Shown piece by piece: positions 49,517 to 61,878 of a stretch of 64,000 bases of DNA; the stretch's first letter is position 1; each line of letters starts with the position of its first letter. A program made the translations under genes and the position numbers. This DNA comes from Protoeuglena noctilucae (lineage: Eukaryota): positions 248,001 through 312,000 of the forward strand of contig OY253678.1 in the NCBI GenBank assembly GCA_958009085.1. Reading direction: 5' to 3'. The notes beneath the pieces were generated by a model, which saw only the letters and a list, made by a program, of their open reading frames with translations, was not told the origin of the DNA and searched no databases.

Positions 49517-52380
49517 TCACTCCAGGGCCCCAGCCACAGCGTCCATCCACACCGCGACCGCCGCCGCGCCCGGGTCCTCGCATCCCTGGATCCGGTCAGC
49601 GGGCACGTAGCTCGATCGCCCGGCGCGCGCCTCCATCGACGCCGTCGCCGCCGCCCCCGCCGCGGCGGCCTCGGCCCCGACCCGCGCCACGGCAGCGACG
49701 TCGGCGCCCATCCCCTCCTCTGCCAGCGCCGCCTGCATCGCCTGCGCCGCCGGGATGAGCGCGTCCACTGCGGGGGTCAACGACAGCTACAGTGAGCCGT
49801 CGTCATCCGAACACATCCCCTGTGCACAGGTGCCCACGTGCTCCTCGGCCCTCACGCATGGTGCGGTCCCCTTCCTCGGCCCCTCCGTAGAAGCACATGC
49901 GGCTGATGGCGGCCTCCATCGCGCCGACGAAGTCGCCGGGGCACGAGCGCAGGTGCCGAGCAGCCTCAAACAGGCCAATGACGTACAGGGCACCTGCGAT
50001 GCGTGCAAGGGGAGAGGCTCTTCCGCTCATCGCGGAGCCACTGTTCGTGTGCGCACCCCGTGTTGCACTGAGCCTGTCCCCGCACCTGACGTGCCGCCCT
50101 TGGCCTTGCGCAGGACGCGCGCAGTTCCCTCGAGCAGGGCCGCCGCAGACCCCGCCTGGGACCCCGGCCCCACCAGCCATGCGGCCACAGCCTCAGCACC
50201 CAGCGCGAACTGCGAGCCCGTGTCCCCGTCGCCGCACTGCGCATCCAGGTCATTCAGCCGGGCCGCGGCGCCCGCTGCACGGCACAGAGCGAGGGGTTGC
50301 AGTTGACGGCGTCGCATGACCACAGCAGGTGTCTTAGCCCCACGACCGCCGGCACGCACCAAGGGCGTCGCAGGCGGCCGCCAGGCAGCGTGCCACCACG
50401 TCCGCCGTGTCGTCGCCCTCGTCCACGCCAGCCTCGTCCTCGCGAGCGGGTTCCGCAGGCACGGACAAGAGCGCCTTGGCCTCGACGGTACCCACGCAGC
50501 GCGGCCACCCTGGGGCGTCCGTCGGGGTGTCCAGGGCATCCAGCATTGCGTCCCCTGTTGCGCCTGAGGCGTCCAGGAGCGTGACGGAGACGCCGGCCAT
50601 GTCCAGCGACGTCATCAGCGCCCCGCTCAGGACGCGCGCGACGTCCAAGCCCAGCCGTTTGGTGCAGTGCAGCACGGCACACCGCGTGGCCTGCGAGGGC
50701 GCAGCATTTGCGTGGGTACGGCCAGCCCCGATAAGCCATCCTGACAGCAACCGTGCCTTGTCTCACCACCGCCATCTCCAGGCCAGACAGGCCCCCCAGG
50801 TTGTTGACCAGGAGAACCACGCGCCGACCCGCGGACGAAGTCAGGCCCAGCGCCTCGGCACAGGCATCGACCAGATTGCCCACGAGTTCGCTCGCCCGCT
50901 GCACCCGCGTGCGCTCTCGGCCCGGCTCGCCGTGGATGCCCATGCCGACTTCCATCTCCGCCGTCCCAAGGCCGTGGGCCGCACCCCGGGCCTGCGAGGA
51001 CACGCTCACACGGCCTCCCTCTTGCTCCCTCCGCAAGTCCCTCCAAATAACCAACACAGGTCCAGGCAGCACCTGGCCGTGCCCGTCACCTCGCTCAAGG
51101 GCTGGCGGTCGCCGCCCGACGCCGTCGGGACCGTGCACGCCGTGAGGGCTGTGCCCATCGACGCGAGTCGCTCCACGGCGTCCTCCGCCGCGCGGCGCAC
51201 CTCGTCCAGGGTCCCTCCCTGCTGGGCCACGTGACCCGCCACCTTGTGGACCAGCACGGTCCCCGCGATGCCCCGCTTCCCGGCCTGCGAGCGGAGAGGG
51301 GCGCGATGAGGCCGGGTGAGAGCCAGCTGTCTGTGACGTGTCCACGCATCACGCGTCCATGGTCAACAGGGCTTACCTTGGATGTCGCCTGGATAACGCA
51401 GTCGTCATCGACTACTACCATTTCCACCTCATAGCCCTCCGCTCGCGCCATCTCCGCCACTTGCCCGAAGGCGATGCGGTCGCCCGTGTAGTTCTTCACG
51501 ATCAGCAGGCATCCAGGGGACCCCGTCACGGTGCGAATGGCTGCAAGCGGCCGCGAGCGGTACGTTAGAGGGCAGCGGGCTGTCAAAGGCGGCGCTTTAC
51601 ATTGTCTGTCAGCTCCAGCACCTGCAAGGATGGCGTCGACGGTCGGGGAAGCGAAGATCTCGCCGCAAACAGCGGCCGTGAGCATGCCGCTTCCAACGAG
51701 CCCTGCGTGAGCGGGCTCGTGGCCGGCGCCGCCCCCGGAGATGACCGCCACATGCGAAGCATCGCGGTTGATGTTGACCGCGACCTTGATCTCTGCGCGG
51801 AGAGCTTATCGCGCCGTATCGGCCTGCTGCGCTGCAGCGGGTGCTCGCCTCTGCCGCGCTCCCTGGTGCGCTCCCTGTGCGTACCTGGAAACCCATCGAG
51901 CCTCGTAATATGGGGCACGGTCAGCAGAAGCGAATCCAGACACTCTTGGACGGCTGTCTTCGGCGAATTCAGCAGATGCTTCGCGACGAGGGACGAGGGC
52001 CCTCCCTCCTCGAACCCAAGCTCTCCGGCCAGACCAGTACCTTGAGTCGATCCCTGCGGGATCGATTCAGCCCATCGCTGCGTTCGTTAGGGACGCGCGA
52101 CCCTCGCACAGTCGGTGGGTTACCGTGCTCTGGAGCACACCTGGCTGCGGCCGAGGGTGACCCAGCGCGCCAGCTGCTGCAGCATCGTGCTCTTGTCTTG
52201 CACCGGGGCCTCCTTGGCTGTAAAGCTCAGCCGCATCGCTCTTCGGCTCTTGGCTTTGACGACCTGCGCTGCGGGTGCGCTGCGGGTGCCAGCGACGCAC
52301 AGCTGCCAGACCCTGTGAAGCAAGAGGATGACGCGATCTACGTACTGTTGGTGCATGTATCTGCCTGGGATGCGCATCAA
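49517..52380 (-). CDS. DAK: Dihydroxyacetone kinase / triokinase (Dak1+Dak2 domains)
   Basis: [98 protein letters not shown]. The exact start within the transit-like region is uncertain. Confidence 0.93.
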
Positions 52381-52484
52381 GACGATTCACGAGCTGCGGC
52401 TGGCGCTCTAATCCGGCCGACAGCCGAAAGGCTCTGTTGCAACGCTTTCCAGCCATTCAAGCGGGCCAGCATTGTTTTGCCGCC

Positions 52485-55400
52485 ATGTCTAGCCAAACGA
52501 TCGATGCACACATGCGTCTACAGGAGAAGCTGGATCGGACGACCCACCAATGGGGCAAAGCGCTGCGCGCATCTCATGACGAGCTGCTGACCGCGTGCGA
52601 GGAGCTCTTCGCCGAGCGCGCCGCGATCGTCGCCGGCAAGCGAAATCGAAAAGGAGACGACGGCCTCGCCGTGCCGGGGTTCTGGCTCGGCGCTCTGCTG
52701 GCAGCGTCTGGGACACGACTCGCGGTTCAGGACACGGACCGCGACGCCCTCCTGTACCTCCTGGACGTCCGAGTCTTCCCCTTAGCTCCTTCGGTGAGTG
52801 TGCCCAGGCGCAGCGAGAGCCTGCGCCTCGGGGACGCTCGGGGAACCAACGAGGGCCGCCCTCTGGCAAGCAGGGCCAGCATGCCGAGGCGGAGGGCGTG
52901 CGACTCGAGATGCGTTTCGCGGAGAACCCTTTCTTCAAGCATGCTGTGTTGCGGCGCGACATCCGCGGCGCGGTGGAGGAGGCTGCGCTGGCGGACCTGC
53001 TGGCAGGGGGGGGCGCGGGCGAGGGTTCCGAGGGTGCAGCGGAGCTCGGGGCGCGGTCGGGCATCGAGTGGAGGGAGGGCGTCGACCTGGTGGCGGACGC
53101 GGAAGAGGCGTACCGGTGAGGACCAGGGGCATCGCCGTTTCATGCTCAGGACGCTCTGCAAGGGCCAGGCAGGGCGTCACAGTCCTTCGACAGCCACCAC
53201 ATGCAACTGTGCGCAAGAAGGCTTGCTTGTGGCAACACCTCGTAGCAGTCTCGCGTGCTCGTGATGCCGCCCCCATCCAAGGCCTCGCAGGGCGTCGGGA
53301 GGGCCTGCGGAACCGGCGGATTCTGGCGCTCCTGCCGAAGACCGGCTGCTGTGGCGGGCGCTGGAGGACGCCCGTCACGAGTCCCTCTTCGCCCTCTTTG
53401 CGCGGGACCGGGGGCGCGGCGCCCGTGCTTTGGCCCGCCTGGACCACGACCTGGCGATCGTTTCTGGCATCGCGGCCTTCCGGCTTTTCCGAGGCTCGGA
53501 GCTGTGGCCCGGGGACGCGGACGGGGAGACGACCGAGGCGCTCGTTCTCCTCCAGCGCAATCAGGAGAGGATCAACTCGCAGCTGGGGACGTTCGAGGCC
53601 ACCACGGTCGCGCTGGAGGCACGGTGGGTGGCAGCGGCCCCTCCGCGGCAGCTGCAGACACCGCATGGAGTGCAGATGCGGTTTGGTATTCGCGGTTGCA
53701 TGCGCTGCACATGCTAGCGTGCAACCGCCAGCAGTCGGCACTGCCGCTTGCTCTGTGTGCATCGCCAGTCGATGCAGGCCCTTTTGCACACGTATATGTC
53801 GACGATTGTCATCAACTCTTCCAATATCCGTCTTTGCACCTTTTCTTGTGACCTCAGGGCCCTGGGCGAGATGGCTGCCTTGGGCGACCAGCGCGCCATG
53901 GTGCTCCTGCGTGGCTGCTCCTCCCCCGAAGCCCTCGCGGAGAAGCTCGACGTGTCGGAGGAGGAGGCGGAGGCGGGGGCGCTGTCCAGCCACCTCGCGC
54001 CACCCGGGTTCTGGCGGGAGGCGATGCTGAGTCAGGACATGGTGCGGGAGGTCGTGAGGCGCCGGGACCGCCCTGTCCTCGACTACCTCTACGACATCAC
54101 GTGAGAGCGAGACGCTCCGATGTTGCCTGCAGAGGTCGCATGCGCTGTGCACTGTTCATGGGGATGCGTGCTGCACGGGGCGGGAGGTGCAGGTGCCCTT
54201 CCCCAACATGCTGGTCACCGTCAGCTGCACTCACTCACACGTACATGCTTCCGCCGCCTCGCCGCAGTCTGACTTGCTCCCCTCCCCCGGGAGAGCAGAA
54301 GGCAGGGGCAGCGGATGGGGACGAGGCGGAGGGTGAGGCGGCGGTGAGCCGCATCCTGCCGCACCGCCGGCGCATCCGCATGGACTGGCACTTCCTCCCC
54401 AATCCCTTCTTCACAAACGACACGCTTTCCCTCGTGGCTGCCGTGGAGAGCGGCCCGGGCAGTCCCCTCCTGGCACCCCCCGTCGCGGGCGGCATGAGCA
54501 GGCTCGCCGCGCCGCTCTGGCAGTCGGGCATCGACTGGCGCGACGGCGCGCAGACCAACACGACGCCGGTGAGTCCTCCTGAGCCGTGGCTGCCAGACAC
54601 GCGGCTGCCAGGCATGCTTGGTCAGGGCCGCACCCACCTGCACCGGATGGCATGCAGATGGGGGCAAGAGCAACTCAGCGCTTTCTATCACCAAATTTCT
54701 GATTCCTTGATGACCCTGGCATGCATCCCGATCTCGCCGCGTGCAGCACGGGCGCGTGCACCGCATGCGCGGCAGCGTCTTCTGGCTTTTCGAGGCGGGC
54801 GATCGCGGGGTGGCCAAGGCTCTCCGGGCCTCTCAGGGCGGCTGGGACCTGCAGGAGACGCTGGGAGACTTCGTGGCGGCCATGGCGGGGGATTTGGTGC
54901 CTGGGGCGTACGGCCTGTACGCGCGGAGGAAGATGGAAGAGTCGAGCAGCGAGGGCGAGGACGAAGAGACGGGTGAGGCGGGCTTGTTAAGACTTCCTGC
55001 GTGCGATTGAGCGATTGACGGGGTGGGGCGACTGACGGATGTATCGCCATGGGTCCTGGGCTGCCCACCCGGCCTCGTCTGATACAACCAAGCATCAGAT
55101 GGTTGCATGGACTGCATCGGTGTACACGTCTTGCAGCGTGGCATGTCATATTGCAAATCATCCTTTTCACATCTCCGCTCTTGTCCCTGGGCTCTCCTGC
55201 AGACTCGGAGCCGGAGGGCCCGCCCGTGACGACACGCCAGGTGGTGTCGATGGCCGTGGACAAGCTCATGCACTCCTCCCGAGGCTTCTTCACTCTGATT
55301 CTCGTCGCTCTCGGGCTCCTCGCCGCCTTCTTCGGCCGAGCGGCGCTGCGGTCCGCGGTGGCGACCGTGGGCGACACTTTGGGTGTCCTGTGGGCCCGGG

Positions 55401-55516
55401 TGTGGTGGCACCTGCGAGGCGGGGCGTACGGCGTGGCGCTGCTGCTGCACGTCGCCACGCAGGGACTCGTGCCAGTGCCACAGGCTGTGGAAGACCAGCC
55501 GCCTGCATGGACATGA
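52485..55516 (+). CDS. Protein with two tandem nucleosome assembly protein (NAP/SET)-like domains, acidic stretch and C-terminal hydrophobic anchor
   Basis: Repeat 1: VPGFW, DRDALLYLLDV, FAENPFFKH, IEWREG. Repeat 2: PPGFW, DRPVLDYLYDI, FLPNPFFTN, IDWRDG. The last exon 55203-55516 joins in phase. Confidence 0.75.
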
Positions 55517-55747
55517 GCAGGGCCGAGCATTGGGAGAGAATGTGTGTGGATTGCAAGCAGAGCAGAGCACTCCGCGTGTGTGTACTTTTGGATTGTCAGC
55601 AGAGCAAGCGGGCGTGTGCGCTGTGCATGGGGCATCGAAGCTGGCACAGAAATGCTTAGAGCAGCATGGGCTTCTCAAATGCGTTTCCTCTTGAAGCTTT
55701 CAAGGCCAGAGGACTCGCCGGGCGCAGCATGCCTATGCAGCACTATG

Positions 55748-55752
55748 TTACA
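55748..55752 (-). promoter_or_regulatory. Possible chlorophyte-type poly(A) signal UGUAA just after the AP2-gene stop
   Basis: TGTAA on the minus strand about 12 nt downstream of the TAG at 55764. Confidence 0.35.
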
Positions 55753-55763
55753 GCGGTAGGAAG

Positions 55764-58700
55764 CTAGAAGCCGCAAAAAGCCAGGGGCCAAGAAGCGTGC
55801 GGGGCAAAAGGCGAGAAAAGCGGCGACTGAGCAGCACAGGGCACACGGCGGATGTAAGAAGAGACGCTTCGGCGACGCCAAGACTGCACGGCGAGGTGGC
55901 GCGTGTGGTATCGTAAGTCAACACGGGGCCTCAGATCCACCGATGGCCCGGGAGGCAGACGAGTCGCCTTCGGCACCAAAAGTCGCCTGGCGAGCCCAGG
56001 CATGTCCTGGGTTGGGTTGGGAAAAGGCGCCCCCGGCGCTGCCCCTCTTGCGAGCGGCGCAGCCAGGCCAACGAGGTCCAACGCGAGATCGGGATTGACC
56101 AGAGCTGAGGCAACTGACCAAGCCAACGGGTGCGATGGGCCGCAGTTGCAGTAACCTCATCCCTGTGATGGGGACTTGGGGCTGCCCCGCTTGCCCCTGT
56201 TGGCTGGGTCGACGGGCTCCCGCGATTCTGGACGCGCCAGTTCCGGGCGCGAGCGGCCTTGAAGGACGCGGGGAACATCTCCGCAAAGGGGGGCGGGCTG
56301 CGGGGTGGAAAGGCACATGGTTGCTGCACCCCAGTGCCTGGCTGGTGGCATGCAGGGCCAGCTTGCTCTGCTCAAAGCAGCTTACCTCATGCCTCGGAGA
56401 GCGCCGAAGGAAGGGATGCCAAAAGAGCCTGGCGACGCGCCCATGCCGTGGACGGCTGGCATCTGCACGTCCACGGGCACGGTCGGTGCGGGGCCCATGC
56501 GGACCTCGTGGGCGTCCCCCGTCGGGTTCAGCAGCCCCGCGCGCATCTGCAGCGCAAACGCCGCCTCGGCCTCTGCCATGCTCTCGGACCGCCACGACAT
56601 GCGGTCAAACACCTCCCTGCGATCACTAGCAGAGTCGCCGGTTCGAATCGCACCGTCAGAATCGAACTGAAACCACGCCTGCATGCTTTGTGAGTGCGAG
56701 TCGCGCTTTAGTGCCATTCACGCACCGGCATGCCTCGACCATGTCGGCGCCGTGCATGTCAGGCCCCGCAAAGGGCACGGCCATCCCCACGATCTCCTCC
56801 GGCCTGTCCATGTTGACGGTGAGGCCCCCCGACGTGGCCGCGCCCTTGGAGCCTCCCGCAGAGTTGTCGTCCGCATTGGGCGACCCCCGTGCCTTGGAAC
56901 GAGAGCCGCCGAGGGTCTCAAGCCCACCCACCGCCGTGAGGCTGCCGATGCGCATGGCCACCTCGCTCGCGCCGTCGCTGTCATCCGAGTCGTCGCTGTA
57001 GCCCCGATTCGGGCCACCCTCGCTGGTGCTGCATGGGCAGGCGTGACGGGCACCTTCAGCGATTGCGTCTTGGCAGCCAACACACACGCACTGAGCAGAG
57101 GCATCGAGACGGGACGACGACATTGCGTTGCTCGACAATGGCAAACCAACGCCAATAAAAAGCACATGGCGCCACGAGCGAGCGAGCCGGACCCAGGGAG
57201 CGGCACCTGACGTGATGCAGCCGTGGGGCGTCCTCCGCGTGGTTGCTGGGCCAGTGCGCGGACGTGCGCTGGTGGAAAACGTCCGCCTCTGCGCCGCAAA
57301 AAGGGAACGAGAGCGATTGAGCGGGCATCGACCACCGCAACCGGGGCGTCGTGAGCAACTGAGACCCTTGCGCAGCCTCATGGCCCCCAGCAAAGCTGCC
57401 CAGCGCGCACCGTGCAGTTCCAGGCTCTTCCCCAGCAGGTCTTCGCTTGGATGCAGCGCCCAGATCGCGTGGTCCGCGTGAGGGTCGCCCCCGACGTTGA
57501 CAGGGGCAGTGCTCGGCCCCGCCTCCTGCGACGGACGCAAAGTGGCACCCTTGCGAAGCAACGCGCTGACCACTGACCACGAGTTAACCCAGGACACCCC
57601 ACTACAATTCGAAGCGAAAGCGCCCTCCACATCATTCCGTCACATCCCAATCGCTCAGCCTGGTCCACGCCACCCATGACAAACTCCCTCACCTGGCCAG
57701 CACCAAGCGCATCCGTCCCCGCCCCCTCCACCCCCACGTCCGCGTCCCCCATGTCCTCCTCCTCCTCCGCCCCAACGCCCGCGCCCTCCGCCCCGTGGCC
57801 TGGGAAGGGTCGGGGCCGGACCGGGCCTCGGGCAGTTGGGCCACCCGGCCCGCCCAGCCCCTGCTGCGCGCGCTGCGCCAGTCGGCTCTGTAATTGCGCC
57901 TGCGCTGCACGCCGCCGCTGCTCCACTAACGCCGCCCGCTCCTCCTCCATCGCCATCCTCCGGGCACTCTTGCGTGTCGGCTGGGGGCCGTCGCCGGTCG
58001 GCTTCTGAGCCTGCTCGCGACGAGAAAGCAAGAAACATGTTTGGCTGCGCCGCACCGAACCCACAGACGCCAGAGACTGCACAGGACGTCTCTCAGCTAA
58101 GGGCGTGGGTGAGCGGTCGTCAGTTTGTCAATGGAAAGCACCCAAGACTCTGTAATCCCGCCTCTCGCCTGCATCGCGCGCTCCCTCTCCCGCTCGGCCT
58201 CTTCCTTCAGCGCCCCCTTCAGGGTCCCAGGCCGTCGCGCCCCACGCGCCCCCTTGTCCAGCACCTCATCGCCACCATCGCCGTTCAGTAACGCCGCAAG
58301 CCCGCCCTCCCCGAACGCCGCGTTCATGTCGGCCAGCTGCAAGCGAAGAACAAGCAGAGAGCTGCGTCGTGTCACTCCACCCATCCGCACGCACCACCAA
58401 ATGCCACCCTTCTCCCTCACAACGCCGCTCACCTCCGCGACCTCCTTGTTGTCCGGGTTGCCGAGGCGGCCCTGCACCTCCGGATAGTAGAAGTTGGTGC
58501 GAGCCGTGGCGCCGCGGATGGCCAGCGCGGCCGCGTCGTACGCCCGCGCCGCCTCCTCCGCCGTGTCAAAGGTGCCCAGCCACCGGCGAGTGGAGCGCGT
58601 CGGATCGCGGATCTCCGCGGCCCACTTGCCCCACGGCCGCTGACGCACCCCTCGGTAACGACACCGGGAGTCGCCCCCACCCCCGCCCGCCGGGGTGGGC

Positions 58701-59639
58701 GGGGATCCCGTAGCAAACTGCCGGGGCCGGGCCTTGACCGTCTCGCGCACGGGACGCCCGGAGGCAGTCACGGTGACGGGGCTCGGGGCCGGCGCTGGTG
58801 GCGCCCTCGCACCAGGCGTGTCCGGGGCCGCAACCTGCGACCACACCCGGGCCTGGCGGTCACGTCAGGGAGGCATGGCGGGGCGGAGCGTCACGAGGAA
58901 CGGAACAGACACCCAGCAACTCGCCTGCGGACCGACGCCGGCCGGAGCCCCGCCGGGGGTCATCCCCATCGGGTCCGATGGGTCTGTGACGGGGCGTGCT
59001 GACACTGGCCTCGCGCTGACACTCGCGGCCTCTCCGGGCCCTGCCGGGTTGCGGATGGCCACGGGAGCCCTTGCGGCCGACCCCGGGCGCGCCGCAGGCA
59101 CCGCCAGCCCCGCGGGGGCTGTGTGGGGCTGCCGCACCGCCTGCACCGGCGTGGCTGGGCTCTGCACAGGCTGCCGCACGACCTGCGTCACGGGCAGCGT
59201 TAAGCTGACGGGCGCGACCACTGCGCCGTGCTGCGGCGCTCCCTGCGTGCCCGCCGAGACGACCATGAGGGGCTGCCCAGGCAGGGACGCCTGGCCAGGG
59301 GGCACCGCGGCGATGATGAGGGGCTGCCCCGGCCGCAGCTGCGACTGTAGCTGCGCCAGCTGCTGCACCGTGAGCTGAAGGGCCCCCGGAGGCTGCGGCG
59401 GGTGGGCGGGACGGGCGCATCGTCGGGGTCAGCACGAGCAGAGGCCAGCGGGGCCGCTGCGACTCGCAACTCACCAGCGTGAGACCCGTGGGCTGGGCCG
59501 GAGCGCTCGTTGGGACCGTAACCTGTCCAGCGGATGGAGGTATCGACGGTCGGGGCGCCGAGCCAGGGGCTTCGAGCCCCTGTAAAGGCACAAGCGGAGT
59601 CGAGGCCCGCGGGGCCGCGGCGGCCTGACTATCCGACAT
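55764..59639 (-). CDS. AP2/ERF-domain transcription factor with long C-terminal region
   Basis: [49 protein letters not shown] (~58490-58660). A GC-AG intron at 58011-58168 joins it in frame to downstream exons. The 3' exons are less certain. Confidence 0.8.
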
Positions 59640-60419
59640 CCTGGGCAATCGCTTCGCCAAAGGTACAGAGTTGGTGGGGCTGAGGACCTCTTCGGCCCCG
59701 TTCGGCGCACAAATCAGCCCCTCTCAGCCTGCTATACGTGTGGTGCCCTGACGCACGCGTTTGCGGGGCTCGAGCCCGACCTGCAAGCGCGGGATGGGAA
59801 CCAGCTCGTGCTACAAGATGATAGGCACGGCACATGCGACGCAACGCTGCGCTCCGGGCGCTCGCCGGCTTGCAGGGCGGACAGGTGCCCTGCGCACTGT
59901 AGCGGCGAGACCGGGGCCCCCGGCCCGTATAAAGCGCAGGAGAGCGATCCCCCGCTATAAGAGATGAATCAGGCGCTCGTGAATGCCGCGCCGGGGCCGC
60001 AGAGGGCCCAAAAGCTCTGGGCCCCGACGTTGGGTCAGAGCAGCTCAGCCGAGGCACTCGGCCCACTCGACAATGACGCAATTATGGTGTCTGGATTCCG
60101 CAGTGATCGCAGGGACTCACCTCGATTGCGAGCTAGGGTTTCGGCGAGAAGAGCGCCCGACGGACAGCACGAGGCGCGAGCTTCAATTGTTACGCGGACT
60201 GCAGCCGCCGATCCAGGTTGCGCGTGCTTCAGCGCGCCGCGTCGGTGGGGCCCTTAGGGTTTGCCCGATCACAGGACACAAAGGCCAACTTGCGCGGCCA
60301 CGAGCCGTCAGGAGCTAGATGTTAATAAGCTATGCGCGGCGGGGTGACCCATCGCGCGTGGAGCGTGCGATCAGGGCAGCGCCCCTCATGGGATCATCGG
60401 TGCGCCTCTAAGGCCGATG

Positions 60420-61745
60420 TTACCGTGCCTTGAGGCCGAGCGTCGACCCAAACGCGTTGGAGCGGAAGATCATCATCTGCACTTCGGAGGAAGAGGTCGC
60501 GGAGCCGACCATCTCGAACAGCCCACCCTCCGCGTCAGCCTGCGGGAGCGTGGGGGCCCATGGGGTGCGTCATGGGCACAGCATGCGATGCAGCTGCTGG
60601 CTGGGCAAGCCTCCGTCGTCTCTCACCGCAGCCATGGCGTCCAGGGCCGTGGCCGCCGTCCTCGCTTCCTCCAGCACCAACCCGCCCACCCCAACGAGGT
60701 CCACGAAACGGGCGCGGTTGGCGGGGGTGCGTGTGGGCGGATCCGCCAGCACCAGCTGGGACCCGTCCCGCCCCCCCAGCAGCTGAGGCACGAGCCTCGC
60801 CACGGGATCCACGCTGAACGTCTCGTACAGCACGTCGCACGCGATGCACAGCTCAAAGGGAGGCCCCCGATACGCCACGCTCCAGTCCAGCACCGCCGCC
60901 GACACCTGCCGACCAAGGGCCAAGGCAGTTCCGGTGTCCTGCGCCACATCCTCCGGGTCCGCCGCATCCAGGCCACTGGCGCGAGCCGACAGCAGCGCGC
61001 ACTGCAGGGCCAGGGGCTCCCGGTCAAGGAGCACGACCCGAGATGCCCCTGCCAGGGCAGCCGCAAGTCCCCCGACTCCCAGCCCCGCCCCAAGGTCGCA
61101 CACGGCGCGGCCAGACGACAGCGCCGGCCGCTGCAGGAGGACTGTGGAAAGGGGGGGGACACGGCTGGGGTCGAAGGGGCCCCCCCTGGCATTCCACAGC
61201 AAGCGTCCTCGCCATCTCGCACCTTCGGCCAGGGCGACTGCCGAGGGCCACGGACGCGACCAGTACGGGTCGAGGCTCTCCCGGCCCGACGCAATGTACG
61301 TCTCGAGGACGGCGTCGACGTCCGCTGGAAACACCAGCACGATGGGGCTACGGCCTTGGTCGAGCGGTAGCACTTGGGCGGCGAGCGAGAGAGGCGGGCC
61401 TCCGAATGGCGGCGTCAGACCACGAGAGAACCTACACACAGGGGACCAGAGACATGCGTGTCTGGCCCAGACTGCGCCACCCAAGACAGCTCATGGCCTG
61501 GCGTCCCACCATTTGTCGAAAACAGGATCTCGTCGACGCAGAGCTGTCACAAGCGCCTCCCGGGGCAGCCGCGCAAGGTCAGAGTCGGCTGCAGCTGCGC
61601 GTTGGAAATGGCTGGCCCTTTTCTCACGCCGGTGCGTGTTATACCGGCGGCTCAGGCGCGCGATTTGCGGAGATGCATGCATTAAACATCGCGGGGATGT
61701 GGAGGCGGCCTGGCACGACGAGGCAGCTCTACGCAGGGCGTGCAT
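60420..61745 (-). CDS. Methyltransf_16 (METTL21/lysine methyltransferase-like) protein
   Basis: DPYWSRPWPSAVALA, VCDLGAGLGVGGL, LLDREPLAL, LDW, ACDVLYE, LADP..R...NR. The 5' exon structure is uncertain. Confidence 0.88.
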
Positions 61746-61878
61746 GGCTACCAAACAGAATTCTACGCACGCCCCGAGGAGGCGCCTCCCGGTCTGACAG
61801 AATATGTCATGAAGTATCACGCACTGCCCAGCTACAAGCGACTGGTCCTTGGGAGGAGCCAGAAACGTCAAGAGCATG

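Noticed and set aside
5650..52380. Sugar-phosphate gene cluster (RPI, FGGY kinase, aldolase, DAK)
   Set aside because: The genes are dispersed among unrelated genes on mixed strands, with no sign of a coordinated cluster.
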